Source: the human T2T-CHM13v2.0 reference genome, Homo sapiens
Reading direction: 5' to 3' (one strand)
Length of the DNA: 64,000 nt
NCBI RefSeq assembly: GCF_009914755.1
Contig: NC_060945.1
Of the stretch, positions 1 to 14,120 are shown in pieces. The number at the start of each line of letters is the position of its first letter. Within the stretch, counting starts at the first letter, position 1. Under the pieces are notes generated by a model, which saw only the letters and a list, made by a program, of their open reading frames with translations, was not told where the DNA came from and did no database searches. The translations under genes were made by a program, and so were the position numbers.

Positions 1-200
1 TATAAGAAACTAGCAAACTCTTTTCCAAAGTGGCTGTACTATTTTGCATTTCCACCAGCAGTGAATGAGATTTCTTGCTGTTCTACATCCTTGCAAACAT
101 TTAGTATTTTCAGATTTTTTGATATTAATAATTCTAACAGGTGTGAGGTAGTATCTTGTTTTAATATGCAGTTTCCTAATTTTGATGTGTTTAATGTGGT
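1..200 (-). mobile_element. L1M fragment (ORF2 C-terminus), truncated by window edge
   Basis: Minus-strand translation TRYYLTPVR...HCWWKCKIVQPLWK resembles the L1 ORF2 C-terminal region. Confidence 0.85.
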
Positions 201-388
201 GAGCCAGTTTTGAAAACTGACTCTTCTGTACCTCTTTCAAGTAAATTTTTACTTTTCCAAATGACTTGTCTCCGAATCTTTACTGACACTGTACACGTTG
301 GTTTGTGGTCAGCATCTTATTAGCCTGAGCTATTATATACTAATTATGATGATGATTATTATACATTTCTTGTGAGGGTTGCTCTTTC

Positions 389-716
389 TTTCATTTTTTT
401 TTTTTTCCTATTGAGACAGGGCCTCACTCTGTCACCCAGGCTGGAGTGCAGTGGTGCAATCATGGCTCACTGCAGCCTTTGACTTCCTGGACTGAAGTGA
501 TCCCCCTGCCACAGCCTCCTGAGTAGTTGGGACCACCTGTACACACCACCATGCCCAGCTAATTAAAGAAAATTATTTGTAGAGGTGTGGTCTCACTGTG
601 TTGCCCACACATTTGCCACTGTGGTGTTGTGGTCTCAAACTTCTGGGCTCAAGTGATCCTCCTGCTTTGGCCTCCCAAAGTGTTGGGATTACAGGTGTGA
701 GCCACCTTACCTGGCC
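389..716 (-). mobile_element. AluJ-like SINE with 15-bp TSD
   Basis: Poly-T then gagacagggcctcactctgtcacccaggctggagtgcag; TSD GAGGGTTGCTCTTTC at 374-388 and 717-731. Confidence 0.92.
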
Positions 717-1889
717 GAGGGTTGCTCTTTCCATGAGTCATTTACACTGAACTATTAATGCCTTTGCAGGAAGCTACAGAGGCCAGCTTCTAGGACCACA
801 TGGGAATTTTGGGATAAAATGTATTATCTAGACTTTAGGAAATTACTTCCAGTAGTAATGAATTCCAGATTTCAACATGCCACTACTGCTAAAAAGTTGT
901 GCTTGGTGTCCGTTTATCTTCCAGATAAAGCACCGCCAGCAAGCCCCTTCCTTGGCCTCGCATTCCAGATCTTCTCGCATTGGCTTGTAGGCTCTCTCTC
1001 TAGCTTGACCTACCATTTCTCCCTTTTAGTTGGTTTATGCTCCAGACAAACCGGGATGAGCCGCTGGCCTTGCTCTTGCTTTCCACCTGCTAGGACTGCC
1101 CTTCTGCAGACTGCATAAGCAGTCCTGCCCACACAGCCCCATACAGACACACCTCGTCTGTCCATGCGGAGTTCTTACCTACCCAGGGCCTGCTTTTGAA
1201 TGTTGTCCCTCACTAACGACCACCTCATGAAGGCAGAGTGAGATTTCTTCCTTACTTTGCACATGGTTATGCATGTACCTGACCCTCTTCTTGAGACAGT
1301 GTGGGCTCCCTGAAGATGTGCCTGCACCTGCTGACGCCATGCTCCGCTACTTGCATGGTGCACGAGGGAGCACAGGACAGGCTGCACGCACTCCTTAGAG
1401 CACCTGCCATTCCAGCAGCCTCTCGATGGTGCTGGTGCTGATGAGAATGACGCTGCAGATGTGCAGCCATGTGAGTCTGCTTCATTGTCTCCTCCCAGAA
1501 CTTTCCCAAAGGAGGAGCCAGTGCTGTTGTCTTGGCCCTGCTTCTGATTTCTGTTTTCTTCATTTGCATGCAATATTTTATTGTTGTCTTATGAAAGGGG
1601 CCTGTTGCCAGGACAGCTAGGGGTGGGGTATGTGCAGAGCCACTTGGTCACACTCCAGTTGTGTTCTTCCTTTATTTCAGTTTTGGGGATGGGAGAATAT
1701 AAACGTTGTACACTTCTGTCCTCTTGTTTTGTCTTTCCTCTAAGGGCTAGTAGTTCCCACACACTCTTCTGAATGTACTGCCTATGCTCTGTGTTTTCGT
1801 TCTCTTCAGCGTGGTTGGTTGCGCCTCCATTTCCCTCACTCCTTTGGGGTCTCATCTCTTCTCTCGACTTTAAATACTGGCTGTGCTCT

Positions 1890-2120
1890 GATGACTCTTG
1901 CTCTGGGACTCTCCCATCAACTCCAGACTAATTTGTCTCAGTGCCTATTTGACATTTCCATTTGCAAGTCTAATAAGCATTTGAGACTGAATATGTCCAA
2001 AACTGAACTCTTGACCATTCCAGGACAGCTCCTTTTTCTGGTTGCTTAGGCCAAAAGCCTTGGTGCCACACTGGGTTCTACGTCTCTTAACCCTTAGTCC
2101 CATCCTCTAGGAAACCTGTT
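1890..2120 (+). mobile_element. L2 fragment
   Basis: gacatttcc...gtctaataagcatttgagactgaatatgtccaaaactgaactcttga is typical of the L2 3' region. Confidence 0.65.
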
Positions 2121-2249
2121 TCAGGGAACACACACACACACACATGCATATGCAGAGTCACAATGATGAAGCTCACATTACAAGGTATTCATAGACTTAA
2201 AGGAAAAACTACAGATAAGATTATACATTTGAAAATCATATAACTTGAA

Positions 2250-3030
2250 AGGGATTAATATCAAAGATCTAGAAAGAATAAGCATATAATAGATAAAAGG
2301 CTGTAAAATGACAAGTCAAATTGAAGAAGCCAGAAAGGATATAAGTATATGAAAACTTCATTTTTGAGATGAATCCATGAAATGTGAATTAAAACAGTGA
2401 GATACCATTTCACATTCATCAGCTTGGCAGGCATGAAGTCAGTTAATATGTACTGGTGAGATGTGGGGACCTTGCTCTTGGGAGTGCACATTTTTATAAC
2501 CACTTTGGAGACTATTTTGGAGGCACGTTTTCAGGTAAAGTTGAAAATGTGCACATAATATGACCCACCGATGCCATTTTCAGGCATTTGCTCTAGAAGA
2601 ACTAGTGGATGCCCATGGATATGGGCCTATGGTGTTTGTAAGAGCAAAACACGGTTTAACTGTTCTCAGGAAGGGGAACTGGACATTTGTTTTATTCACA
2701 TAGTCAAAAACTATTCAACATTAAAATGAATGAATTAAATCTATGGGTATCAAAATGGATAAATCTCAGTAACAGTGTTAACAAAGCAGGTTGCAAAAGG
2801 ATAAGTGCAGTTTGGTATTGTTTTTGGATATGCACGTGGCTGGTGAAGATATGTACACGTGAATGTGAGTACTGATTTGCCATCTCTAGATTATATGGTT
2901 TCCTTCCTATACAGAGGGGTATCAGTGGAGTATAGGGCTTCGGTGGTATCTGCAAGCATTTTTAAAAGAGATCCAAAGCAAATCAAAATGTTGACAACTT
3001 TTTAATCTTCCTGGTAAGTATATCGATGTC
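2250..3030 (+). mobile_element. Old L1 (L1ME-like) 3' fragment
   Basis: gaattaaaacagtgagataccatttcac...ataaccactttggag...atgacccaccg, diverged L1 ORF2 end/3'UTR. Confidence 0.7.
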
Positions 3031-3039
3031 TATTATGTT

Positions 3040-6000
3040 TATTTTTTGAATTGAGGTATAATTTGCATACCATAAAATCTACCCATTAAAGCGTACAAGT
3101 GAGTAGTTTTTGGTATTAATATATTTACAGAGTTGTGTAAGTATTATCACTAATTTCAGAACATTCTTTATACCCTGAAAATAATCCCATGTACATTATC
3201 AGTCACTCTCCATTCTTTCCTTCCCTGAGAAATGGGAATGAAAATGCCAGAGTGTTTTCCAAATTGGCTGCATCATTTTGCATTCCTGCCAGCAATTTAT
3301 GAGTGTTAACAATTTTGCATGTCTTCACCAGCACTTGTTATTGTCTGTCTTTTTGATTATTACCGTTCTAGTGAATGTGAAGTAGTATATCAGTGTTATT
3401 TTGATTGGCATTTATTTCCCTGATGACTGATGATGTTGGAAAGCTTTTCATGTGCTTACTGGCCATTTGCATATATTTTCTGGGGAAATGTGTATTCAAA
3501 TCATTTTCCCATTTTTTAAGTGAGTCATGTTTTTATTGTTCTAGGAATTCTTTTTTATATTCTGGATACTAGTTCCTTATTAGATTTGCCAAATTTTCCC
3601 CTTGTTCTGTGGGTTGACTTTTTACTTTTTTGATCATGTCCTTGCAAGCATAAAAGTTTTTAATTTTAAGCCCAATTTATTTATTTTTTCTTTCATTGCT
3701 TATACTTTTGGTATCATATCTAGGAAACCACTGCCTAATCCAAGGTCACATTTTCATATTTTTCACGTTTTATTCTAAGAGCTTCAATAGGTTTAGTCCT
3801 TAGGTCTTTGATTCATTTTGAATTAATTTTCGTATATAGTATGAAATAGGGTTCCAGATTCATTCTTTAGCATGTGGATATTCAATTGTCCCAGCACACT
3901 GGGACAATTATTAAAATGAATAGTGTTTCTCCATTGAATTGTCTTGGCAGTCTTAGTCAAAACCAGTTGACTATAAATGTAAGGGTTAATTTGTTGATTT
4001 CCATATCTATATATGGGGAGGGAGAGAGAATATATCTACATCATTATACCCTGAATTAGTCTGCTAGGGCTGCCATAACAACATACTACACTGAATGGTT
4101 TAAACAGCAGAAATGTATTTTCTCATAGTTTTAGAAGCCAGAGGTCTAAAATCAAAGTGTTGGCAGCTTTGGTTTCTTCTGGGGACTCTCTCCTTGGTTT
4201 GGAGATGACATCTTCTTGCTGTGTCTTCACTGTTCTTTTGCTGTAAGGATACCAGTCCTCTTCTTGTAAGGACACTAGTTCTTTTGGATTAGGGCCCCAC
4301 CCTTATGATCTCATTTAATCCTAATTATTAATACCTCTTTAAAATCCCTGTGTTTAAATATAGTGATTTGGGGGATTAGGTCTTCAACACATGGGTTTTG
4401 TGGGGATACAGTTCAGTCCAGAACATGCCCATATAACAATGTATTGAGTGCTGTAGCTTTGTAGTAAGTTTTCAAATTGGGAAATGTGAGTCTTCTGACT
4501 TTGTTTTTCTTTTTTAAGATTGTTTTGGCTATTCTGAGTCCCTTGAGTTTTCATATGAATTTTAGAATCAGCTTGTCAATTTCTGTCAGAAAGTTGGCTG
4601 GGATTTTTATAGAGATTGCATTGAATTTGTAGATTAGTTTAGGACATATTGCCATCTTAATAATATTACATTGAACATAGGATGTTTTTCTATTTATTTA
4701 GGTTTTGTTTAATTCCTTTCCCTTTCTTGTAGTTTTTGGTGTATAAGTCTTGCATTTTTAAAAAATTAAATCTATTCCTAAGTTTTTTATTATTTTTGCT
4801 GCTATTACGAATGGATTTTTTAAAATTTTATTTTTGGATTGTTCATTGCTAGTGTACAGAAATACAATTACTTTTTGTATATTGATCCCTGCCACCTTGT
4901 TGAACTTTATTATACTAGTTTTTTAGTGGATTTCTTAGTATTTTCTATATACAATATCATGTCATCTCCAAATAGAGATATTTGTATTTTTCCTTTTCAG
5001 TCTGGATGCCCTGTATTTCTTTTTCTTGCCTAATTGTCCTGGCTAAAACCTCCAATACAGCGTTGATTGTACTGGCAAGGGCAGGCATCCTTGTCCTGTT
5101 TCTCATCTTAGGGGAAAAGCTTTCAATCTTTTACTATTGTTCATGATGTTAGCTGCGAGTTTTTCATAGATATCCATTATTAAGTTAATAAAGCTTCCTT
5201 TTATTCCTAGTTTTTTTGAGTGTTTTTATCATTAGATATATTGAAATTTGTCAAATGCTTTTTCTGTGTCTACTGAGATGATCATGTGGTTTTTGTCCTT
5301 TATTCCATTAATATGATGTATTGCATTGATCGATTTTTGGATATTAAGCCAACTTTGCATTTTGGGGATAAACCCCACTTGATTATAGTGTGTAATCTTT
5401 TTTATATATTGTTAGATTTGGTTTGCTAATATTTTTGTTGTGATGTTTTACATGTGTATTCATAAGAGACATTGGTCTTTGGTTTTCTCTTGATGTCTTT
5501 GTTTGGGTTTGGTATTGGGCTAATACTGGCCTCATAAAATGAGTTGGGAAGTATCCTTTTCTTGTCTGTAATTTTGAAAGAGTTTGTGAGGGGTTGTTGT
5601 TAATTCTTACTTAAATGTTTGGCAGAATACAGTAGTAATGCCATCTGATCCTGGACTTTTCCTTGTGGAAAGTTTTTTGGTTACTAAACCTCTTCACTTG
5701 TTTTAGGTTTGTTCAGATTTCTCTTTTATCTAGAGTCAGTTTCTGTAGTTTCTGTGTGTTTCTAGGAATTTGTTCATCTAGGCTTTTTGTTGATATAAAA
5801 TTGTTTATAGTATTTTCTTATAATCCTTTTTATTTCTGCAAGGTTGGTTGTGATGTCTCCTCTTTCATTCCTAATTTTAATAATTTGAGTCTTCTCTCCT
5901 TTTTTTTTTTTGCTAGTCTAGGTGAAGATTTGTCAATTTTTTGATCTTTTCAAGAAACTAACTTTTGGTTTTGTTTTCTATTCTGTTTAATTTCTATTTA

Positions 6001-6490
6001 ATTTCTATTTCTATTTAGTTTCTTGTTGCCATAGTATTTGTTGTTTCCTTCCTTCTGCTTGCTTTGGGTTTAGTTTTCTCTTGTTTTACTAATTTCTTAA
6101 GATGGAAGTTTAGGTTATCGAATTGAGATCTTGCCTCTTTTTTAAAGGTAGGTGTTTACAGCTTCGAAAGACTCCTGTCCTGTTCTGCCGCTTCCATGCC
6201 AGCCAGGCTGCTGGTTCTCATTGATTGCTGGGCTCTTGGTTTTCAAGGCTTGGATGCAGCTCGGGGGAAGGGGATGGAAGTAGGGTAAGTTAAAATGCCA
6301 CAATGCTCACTGTTCTTACCAAGGTCCAGTTGTTTTTCTTGAATCAGTGATCCTTGGATTGCTGCAAGCCTTTGATGAATTTCCAGAGCTCTTAAAAAGT
6401 TAATTGTGACAATTTTGCCAGGGTTCTCATTGCTTTTATGGAGAGGTAAGCTGTTAGTGGTTATTACTCTGCCATTCTCACAGATGCCAT
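3040..6490 (-). mobile_element. L1M (L1MB/MC-type) antisense, interrupted by an MLT1 LTR
   Basis: Continuous T-rich antisense L1 motifs (ttggccatttgcatat, ttgattttgtatattgatc, atgatcatgtggtttttgtcc); 5'-region-like piece at about 6170-6490. Confidence 0.85.
4052..4424 (-). mobile_element. MLT1 (MaLR) solo LTR
   Basis: tgaattagtctgctagggctgccataaca...gattagggccccacccttatgatctcatttaa...gggatacagttcagtccagaaca. Confidence 0.85.
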
Positions 6491-6519
6491 CTGCGTCCTA
6501 TGTTTTATAATGAACACTT

Positions 6520-6720
6520 TTCAAAAAATGAATGTGATTGCCACAGGATATTTTATGAAAATTGATGAATGGCTTCTAAATGTCACAAGGGGATAAAAGC
6601 ATAAGACTGGCCAACAGTTTGGAAAAGAACAGCAGTGGAGAGCTGCCTATTCATCTGATATCAAGATGCTCTGTAAAATAAAGGAGTGGAAACAGTGTGG
6701 GACTTGTGCTAAGCAGGGCC
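6520..6720 (+). mobile_element. Old L1 ORF2 fragment
   Basis: atgaaaattgatgaatggcttctaaa...ctgatatcaagatgctctgtaaa...aacagtgtgg. Confidence 0.55.
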
Positions 6721-7127
6721 AAGCAGCAAATCTAGAGCCCAGCTAATGGGACGGGAGGTCAGTGTGTGAGAAATTTCCGTCTTGGGTTAACCCTGGCCTG
6801 GCTGAATTCGGGGAACAAGCCATGTTGTGTGATTAGCTCAGCTGTATCTGGCTGACCGTTCGTAATCCTCACCCTGCAATAAGGTTGGCTTTACCTCAGA
6901 ATTAGAGCTGAGGCAGTTTGGGAAGGGGCTTCTCAGTGGATGCGAGTGACTTGGGGCCGCTCTTGGGGATGAAGGACAGAACAGCAAGTGTTCTCAGGGA
7001 GGCTAGAGGGGCCATCACTGAGAGAGTTAAAAGAAGACAACTGAGGAACTGAGAAGTGAGAACAAGCCATACCCGGTGGCAGGAAATGTGTGCAGAGGGT
7101 TTTTAGTGTGTCTTCTCCAAGACATAC

Positions 7128-7496
7128 TGATATGGTTAGGCTTTGTGTCCTCACTCAGATCTCATCTTGAATTGTAATCTCCATTACCCAAAATCCACAC
7201 ATGTCAAGGGCAGGACCAGGTGGAGGTAACTGGATCATGGGGGTGATTTTCCCCATGCTGTTCTCGTGATAGTGAGTGAGTCTCACGAGATCTGATGGTT
7301 TTATAAGCATCTGGCACTTCTCCATCCTGCCACTCTGTTAAGAAGGTGCCTGCTTCTCCTTTGCCTTCTGCCGTGATTGTAAGTTTCCTGAGGCCTCCCC
7401 AGCATTGTGGAACTGTGAGTCAATTAAACTTCTTTTCTTTATAAATTACCCAGTCTCAGGTATTTCTTCATAGCAGTGTGAGAATGGACTAATACA
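7128..7496 (+). mobile_element. THE1 (C/D-type) solo LTR with 5-bp TSD
   Basis: TGATATGGTTAGGCTTTGTGTC...GAATGGACTAATACA; TSD CATAC at 7123-7127 and 7497-7501. Confidence 0.92.
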
Positions 7497-7774
7497 CATA
7501 CTAAGTCATGAACACCAAATCTGGAAACTAAAAGATTGCCAGATTTTTGAACCTCTATAGGCAAAATCATTACCCACCAAATTCCAGGGTCAGTAAGAGG
7601 AAGTGGAAACCTGTTCTGGCCTGAGGGACAAGTAGAGAAGGCACCTCCAGATGACTTGCCAGAGATAAGCCAGCAGGACAATTGCAAAGGTCTTTAACAT
7701 CCACCAGTCCTTTATGCCTAAAGAGGAATACTCAGTGCTGCTTGTACTTTATTTAGGGCTCAATATGTTAAAAA

Positions 7775-8223
7775 TATTATACTCGAGTTCTGGGATACAT
7801 GTGCAGAACATGCAGGTTTGTTACATAGGTATACGTCTGCCATGGTGGTTTGCTGCACCCATCAACCTGTCATCTACATCAGGTATTTCTCCTAATGCTA
7901 TCCCTCCCCTTACCCCCGACCCCCTGACAGGCCCCAGTGTGTGATGTTCCCCTCCCTGTGCCTATATGTTCTCATTGTTCAACTCCCACTTATGAGTGAG
8001 AACATGCAGTGTTTGGTTTTCTGTTCCTGTGTTAGTTTGCTGAGAATGATGGTTTCCAGCTTCATCCATGTCCCTGCAAAGGACATGAACTCATTCTTTT
8101 TTATGGCTGCATAGTATTCCATGGTATATATGTGCCACATTTTCTTTATCCAGTCTATCAAACCTGCATGTTCTGCACATATATCTCAGAACTTGAGTAT
8201 AATAAAAAAGTAATAAAAAAAGA
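7775..8223. mobile_element. Short L1PA insertion with inversion (minus 7775-8160, plus 8159-8223 ending in poly-A)
   Basis: The minus part encodes MIDWIKKMWHIYTMEYYAAIKKNEFMSFAGTWMKLETIILSK (L1PA ORF2 end); the plus part is the L1 terminus plus A-tail. Confidence 0.88.
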
Positions 8224-8749
8224 ATCAATTTTTAAAAACAATTTAAGCAGTGTGAGTAAATTATTCTTTTAAATGCCTTAGCAGTAAAAGTATTCAGAAA
8301 TACAATAATTGTAAAATTTATTACTACATTTGGAGTTTTGAAAACACCTTCACTGTAGTTTAATTCTCCATCACCTCTGTACCTTTACTCTTGTAGGGTT
8401 GCAATGGTTTTGACAGATGCTTCTCTTACCTCTCTGGTGCAGATAACGTCCAGCAGCTCAGCACTTGCACACTGACCAGGAGGGTGCAGGCTTCATGTTT
8501 TAGACCAGTTAGTCTGGGACAGGTGACTTGGTTGCATGTTCTAAGATGATTTGGACCTTGACTTCAACGTGAGCTCCTGCTTCAAACTTAAACAAGAATA
8601 TTACTTATTCTCTCCAATGCCAGGATGGCCATAGCTTGGCTGGGTGTGGGGGCCCTTTCAGCTGCCACTTTGTGCTGCCCTGTGCTGCCCCAGATGTTTG
8701 AAGGTACCTTGCTTTCTGGTCAGAACATTCTGTGTGTCAGGCCCTCTGA

Positions 8750-9211
<462 letters not shown>

Positions 9212-9629
9212 TCACAATGATTTCCACAGCTCCTGACCCCAATTTAATTATTATTAAATGACTTATTATTAGGTTCATTTTAAAGTTATTCTAATATTAA
9301 AGACACCAGAATTTCTTATCTAAATGTATTTGCTTAAATTTGTTGAGCTTTGGCCAGAAGCTACTGGTACCACTTTATTTTCATTCTCCGTGTGCTCCAT
9401 TTGGTCCACTTTGTCACTTTCCTGTCGAATTTCACAGAGGTCCATAGACAGGGAGGGGACTGAGTCTTACTGTTGATGAAGCAAATGTATGTGCATTGTT
9501 CTTTGACGATCTCATCTGCATGTATTTTGAGAAGGCTGATAAGATAGAATTTTGGCAAGAAATCACAGAAACTGGAGTCACTTTGCGTGTCTCAGAGGAC
9601 TACTGTAGGGAAGCAAGCTTCTGGGGGCT

Positions 9630-10150
9630 CTTTGTTCAAGTATATGAGAAGCTCTAAAAATATTTATGCACTTTGGCTGAAAATTCTGTTCTTACGGCTT
9701 TATCTTCAGGAGATAATCGGATAAGCACTAAATTTATGTACAGAGTATGTTCACTACAGCAGTAATTTAAATAATTAACAATTGGAAGCAACCCAAATAC
9801 CCAGTAATAAAGGATTTAGTAAATCAGTTATTGTACTTCACAACACAATGAGATATTAGAAAGCAATTAGCGTTTATAGGAATGATCCATGACATGAAAA
9901 AAATGTACCCAGTATACTGGCACCTAAGTCAGTAATGTATGTAAAAATGGCCTATGTGACATAAAATGTAAGTGGATATATGTTTGCATGTGTATGTGTG
10001 TGTAGAGGTACAACCAAAGGCTTACAGCACCTGTCTCTGAGAGCTGAGGTCACTCTGCTATTTGTTTTCACACATTTCTGAATTTTCTAAGTTTTCCTAA
10101 ATGAATGTATATCACTTTTATGCTCATAGGATAAATAATATCTATTTTTA
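9630..10150 (+). mobile_element. L1ME-like 3' fragment
   Basis: gtatgttcactacagcag...attggaagcaacccaaatacccagtaataaaggatt. Confidence 0.6.
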
Positions 10151-10412
10151 TTGTTGGAGAAGAATTATGTGAATATTAACCTGATCTTTGAAATGCAGAA
10201 GTTTTTTTTTAAGCATAAAAGCAATCCATACAATCTTAAATAATAGAGATTTTCATAGACAAATTTCTTTGACTATTAACAAATATTGTTAAAAGGCTAA
10301 AAACAAGCTGTTATAAATATTTTCTACAAATACTACAGATACAGATTTACTACACTTTCTTAGCAAAAATGTGATCTCATTTTTGTTTTAAAAATGTATA
10401 TAGGTAAATGTA

Positions 10413-10806
<394 letters not shown>

Positions 10807-12396
10807 TTACAGATGTTTTTTGCACTTTTCTGTTCTTTCCAGCTTTCTGCACAGAGAGCTGGCATGTGTTTGGCAACCAGGGGACACATAGGCATCCTAG
10901 AGAGTGGCTCTGAGCACATGGCCTGCCGTCTGCGGCCTAGTGGCCTGCTCTCGAGGGAGGCTCTGGGGCAGGCCTCTGAAGAACTAATTCTCCATCAGGG
11001 ATTGGTGATCATATGGGCAGTTGTCTAGAGAGTCTAGCAGATATATTTTAGGCAACTTCACTACCCTGGTGAGAGGCCAGACAGACTTCCTATGTCTAGT
11101 TCTGATAATGAGAGTGACCCATTCAGAAAAGGGTTAAGTAAAAATAGTGAATTTTAAAATTTTAATAAGTTCATGTACTAACTGACATTGAAACAAAAAT
11201 CATTTCGTAAATCATTACAAGTTGATAGTGAGTAAAGCCCATCAGTGTAATTTTGTAAGATTGAAACATGGGTATATGTATCTATATTGACACATACCTG
11301 AAGTATGATCTATCTTAGATATGAAAGTGAAATAAAAAGTACACATTGTGGGCAGATACTGAGTGTCTGGAAGGAGGGAAGGGGCTGCTGTCCCAGCAAG
11401 GGAGCACAGCCCGCACAACACGCAGGTTGGATGCCAGGCCCGGGGTCGAGCTCAGGGTCTGTGGGATCTGCATTCCCTGGCCTTGTCAGTCATGTCATGG
11501 CCATGCCACTTTTGAGGTGGAGGAGTAAAGAAGTTCACCTGCTGACTGCTTCCTTCTTTTTCCGCTGAGACCATCACCGAGAGTGGTAATTATTTATAAT
11601 AGAAATGGTGATTACTGGTGGATTCTGTGATAGGAATTAAGTTGAATCTTCCTTGCCCGTCCTCCTCCAGCATAAGCTGTTTTAAATTCTAGCTCCCCCA
11701 CATCCTGCTTCTTGTTGGCACTGTAAAACTCTCAATTCACTCACCTGGAGGGGGTAAGTTAATGAGACACTCTCTCCCCCAGATCTGGAGAAATTCAGAG
11801 TCAAGGCTGTCCCCCTCCTGAAGTCAGATCCTTCCTGTGGCCTATTTAGGTTTTAGGTAAAAACATAGCATTTGCTCATTTTCCTTTATTGAGATATGTT
11901 GAAGTCTGAGCTCCTATTAACACATTTATCGAAAATGGAACCTATGAGCAAATTCCTAGGAGCTGCATTTCCAGGGGTGTCCAGCTGTGACCCACCCCGC
12001 CCCCTCCCGGTGTTACCCTGAGTTATGAGAATGCAGTCTTTGGAAGTGGTGGGCTAAAACACTCCACAGGGTGGTGCATGGGGGCTGCCCACACTCCCTG
12101 CTGCTTTCTGCTCTCTGCTTGTTCATCCTCTCCCAACGGGGCAGCCCCAGAAGCCAACACTGCATGTTGGAAGGAGTCCCAGCCCTGCCCCTGCCAAGCG
12201 AGGTGGGGACAGCTGGGAATCTCGCTGCCTTCATGGTGGCGGGCCAGGCTGCTCTGTAACACGAACATTAAAACTGATTTGAGGTGTTAGCGGTGTCACT
12301 GTAAGTGTGAGAATGAGAAGCGGTGTGAGACGTGTAGATTTGTGGGCAGTGATGGGGAACAGCAAGGGTGGGGTGCCTCGGTGGGATCTGAAAGAG

Positions 12397-12463
12397 AACC
12401 CGCCCCCCTCAGCTGGAGTGGCACTCTGTAACCCGCCCCCCCTCAGCTGGAGTGGCACTCTGT
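12397..12463. repeat. Tandem duplication, 33/34-bp unit x2
   Basis: aacccgcccccc(c)tcagctggagtggcactctgt twice. Confidence 0.9.
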
Positions 12464-12931
12464 TGGCTGTTGTTTTCAGGCTGTTGGGCCGTGAGGCTGC
12501 TTTGGTCTGAGAAAGTGGGTGGCAGGAGGACAGGACGGCCTCTCTGTGAGGGAGGCACTGACTCTCAGGAGATGCTGTCATTGGGATACTACAGTATTCC
12601 ATGAACTTCCTCTATAACTTAAATGATGAAAGTTACAGATAATAGCTCAAATAAACTGTTGTGAGCCGTTAAGTATGGCAGTTTGTATCATGGTTAAATC
12701 TGCAGAAGGTGTAACATTTTGCTTGGGTTTTTTTTTGCCTTATTACTGGCCGTGTTTTAAAAATATCTTTCTTATGAAGAAATTCTGTCGTGGCTGTGTG
12801 ATTTCCCCTGCGATGCTAGGATGTGTTTGCAAACCAGTGGCAATGCCAGAGCCTGGGCCCTGGGCTGCGGTGCGTTGGCTGGGTGTGGTCTGTGGTAGCT
12901 TCCACCTGCTGCCTGCGCTTGGGAAGTGCCC

Positions 12932-12978
12932 TGACCTCTGAGCAGATGACCTCTGAGCAGATGACCTCTGAGCAGATG
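12932..12978. repeat. 15-bp tandem repeat x3
   Basis: (tgacctctgagcaga)3. Confidence 0.95.
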
Positions 12979-13299
12979 GTTTCTGATGGTGGTTTTTTTT
13001 CTGATTAATTGAATTACAAGTATCCTGTGGTAGGTACAGGGTTTTCCCTTTCCCTTGTCCAATAAATCTTAACTTCATTCTGTGATTTTTAGAAAAGGAA
13101 GAATGCCCACAGATGTGGAGGCACAGATGCCCTGGGCCTCGCAGCAAGCTTGTCCTTAACAACCCATTCTCCTTCAGGCCCTGCCACTTAGGGAGAAGAC
13201 TGTGGGGGCAGTGCCTGCCTGTCCTCTCTCCATTAAGCCTCTGCTGGGGGCCTGCCTCCACAGTGCTCTTCCCGGTCTCAGAGTGGCAGGGGACACACA

Positions 13300-14120
13300 G
13301 GCAGGGTTCTTACCACCATGGAGCTTATTTCTGGTGGGTGGAGGGAGGGCCCACAACCAAAGAAAGTGACTTACAAACACAGCAGGCACATGCTACATGG
13401 AGAGCAGGGAGGCTGAGCAGGAGTGGCTGAGGGGCTGCCTGGAGGGTGGGCAAGGGAGGACTTTCGGAGGAGGAGGTGTTGGAACTGGGTGGCAGGGGGG
13501 AGCCAGGCATGTGTCTAGGCAGGAGGCGTGCATGGAGCAAAGACCTGATGGAGGAAAGGAAGGGGTGGGGGGCAGCTGGGGTGAGGAAGCCAGTGCAGGA
13601 GATGAGGTCAGGAGAGCAGGCCCCCTCTAGGAGGTCAGGTGTCACCCTCAGGGCAGTGGACAGCATGGCCCCAGGCCCCACTGCAGAGGCTCGCCCTGGC
13701 TGTGGGGAAGGCACTGGGGTGCAGGTTTGGTACGGAGGCCGCAGGTGCCCAGGCAGTGTGGTTAGGCCTGCTGAGATGTGGTGCGTGCCGAGGCTGCCAA
13801 TGGGACTGGAAGGAGGACTCAGACCTGACTCCGAGGGGCCTGAGCAACTCAGGCAGGATGACGTGGGGAGGATCAGGTCCAAGGTAGGAGGGGTTAAGGA
13901 TTTGGTCTTGGACTTCAGGTAATAGACGTCCAAGTGGCTTGGCCAGGTAGGCAGTGGATATGGGAGTTCATGGGGGAGAGCAGGGGCAAGGAGATTAATT
14001 TAGGAAATTATCAGCAGAGAAAGAGAGCATGGCTATGGACTGGGTGGGCTCATCTAGGGGAGAGGAGCAGAGGTCCAGGCCCAACACCCAGGGGCCTGTG
14101 GCTGGAGCCCAGAAGAGACT
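13300..14120 (-). mobile_element. Degenerate L2, antisense
   Basis: GA-rich; ttggacttcag...agacgtccaagtgg...aggtaggcagtggatatgggagttc is the antisense L2 3' region. Confidence 0.6.

Noticed and set aside
7979-8161. ORF resembling a real protein (also 61421-61738, 63481-63972, 44488-44772)
   Set aside because: Fragments of decayed L1 ORF2, not host genes.
11200-11345. Possible DNA-transposon fragment
   Set aside because: Could not identify terminal inverted repeats or a family with confidence.
12397-12463. Tandem CTCF sites
   Set aside because: G-run length and 5' bases do not fit the CCASYAGRKGGC core.
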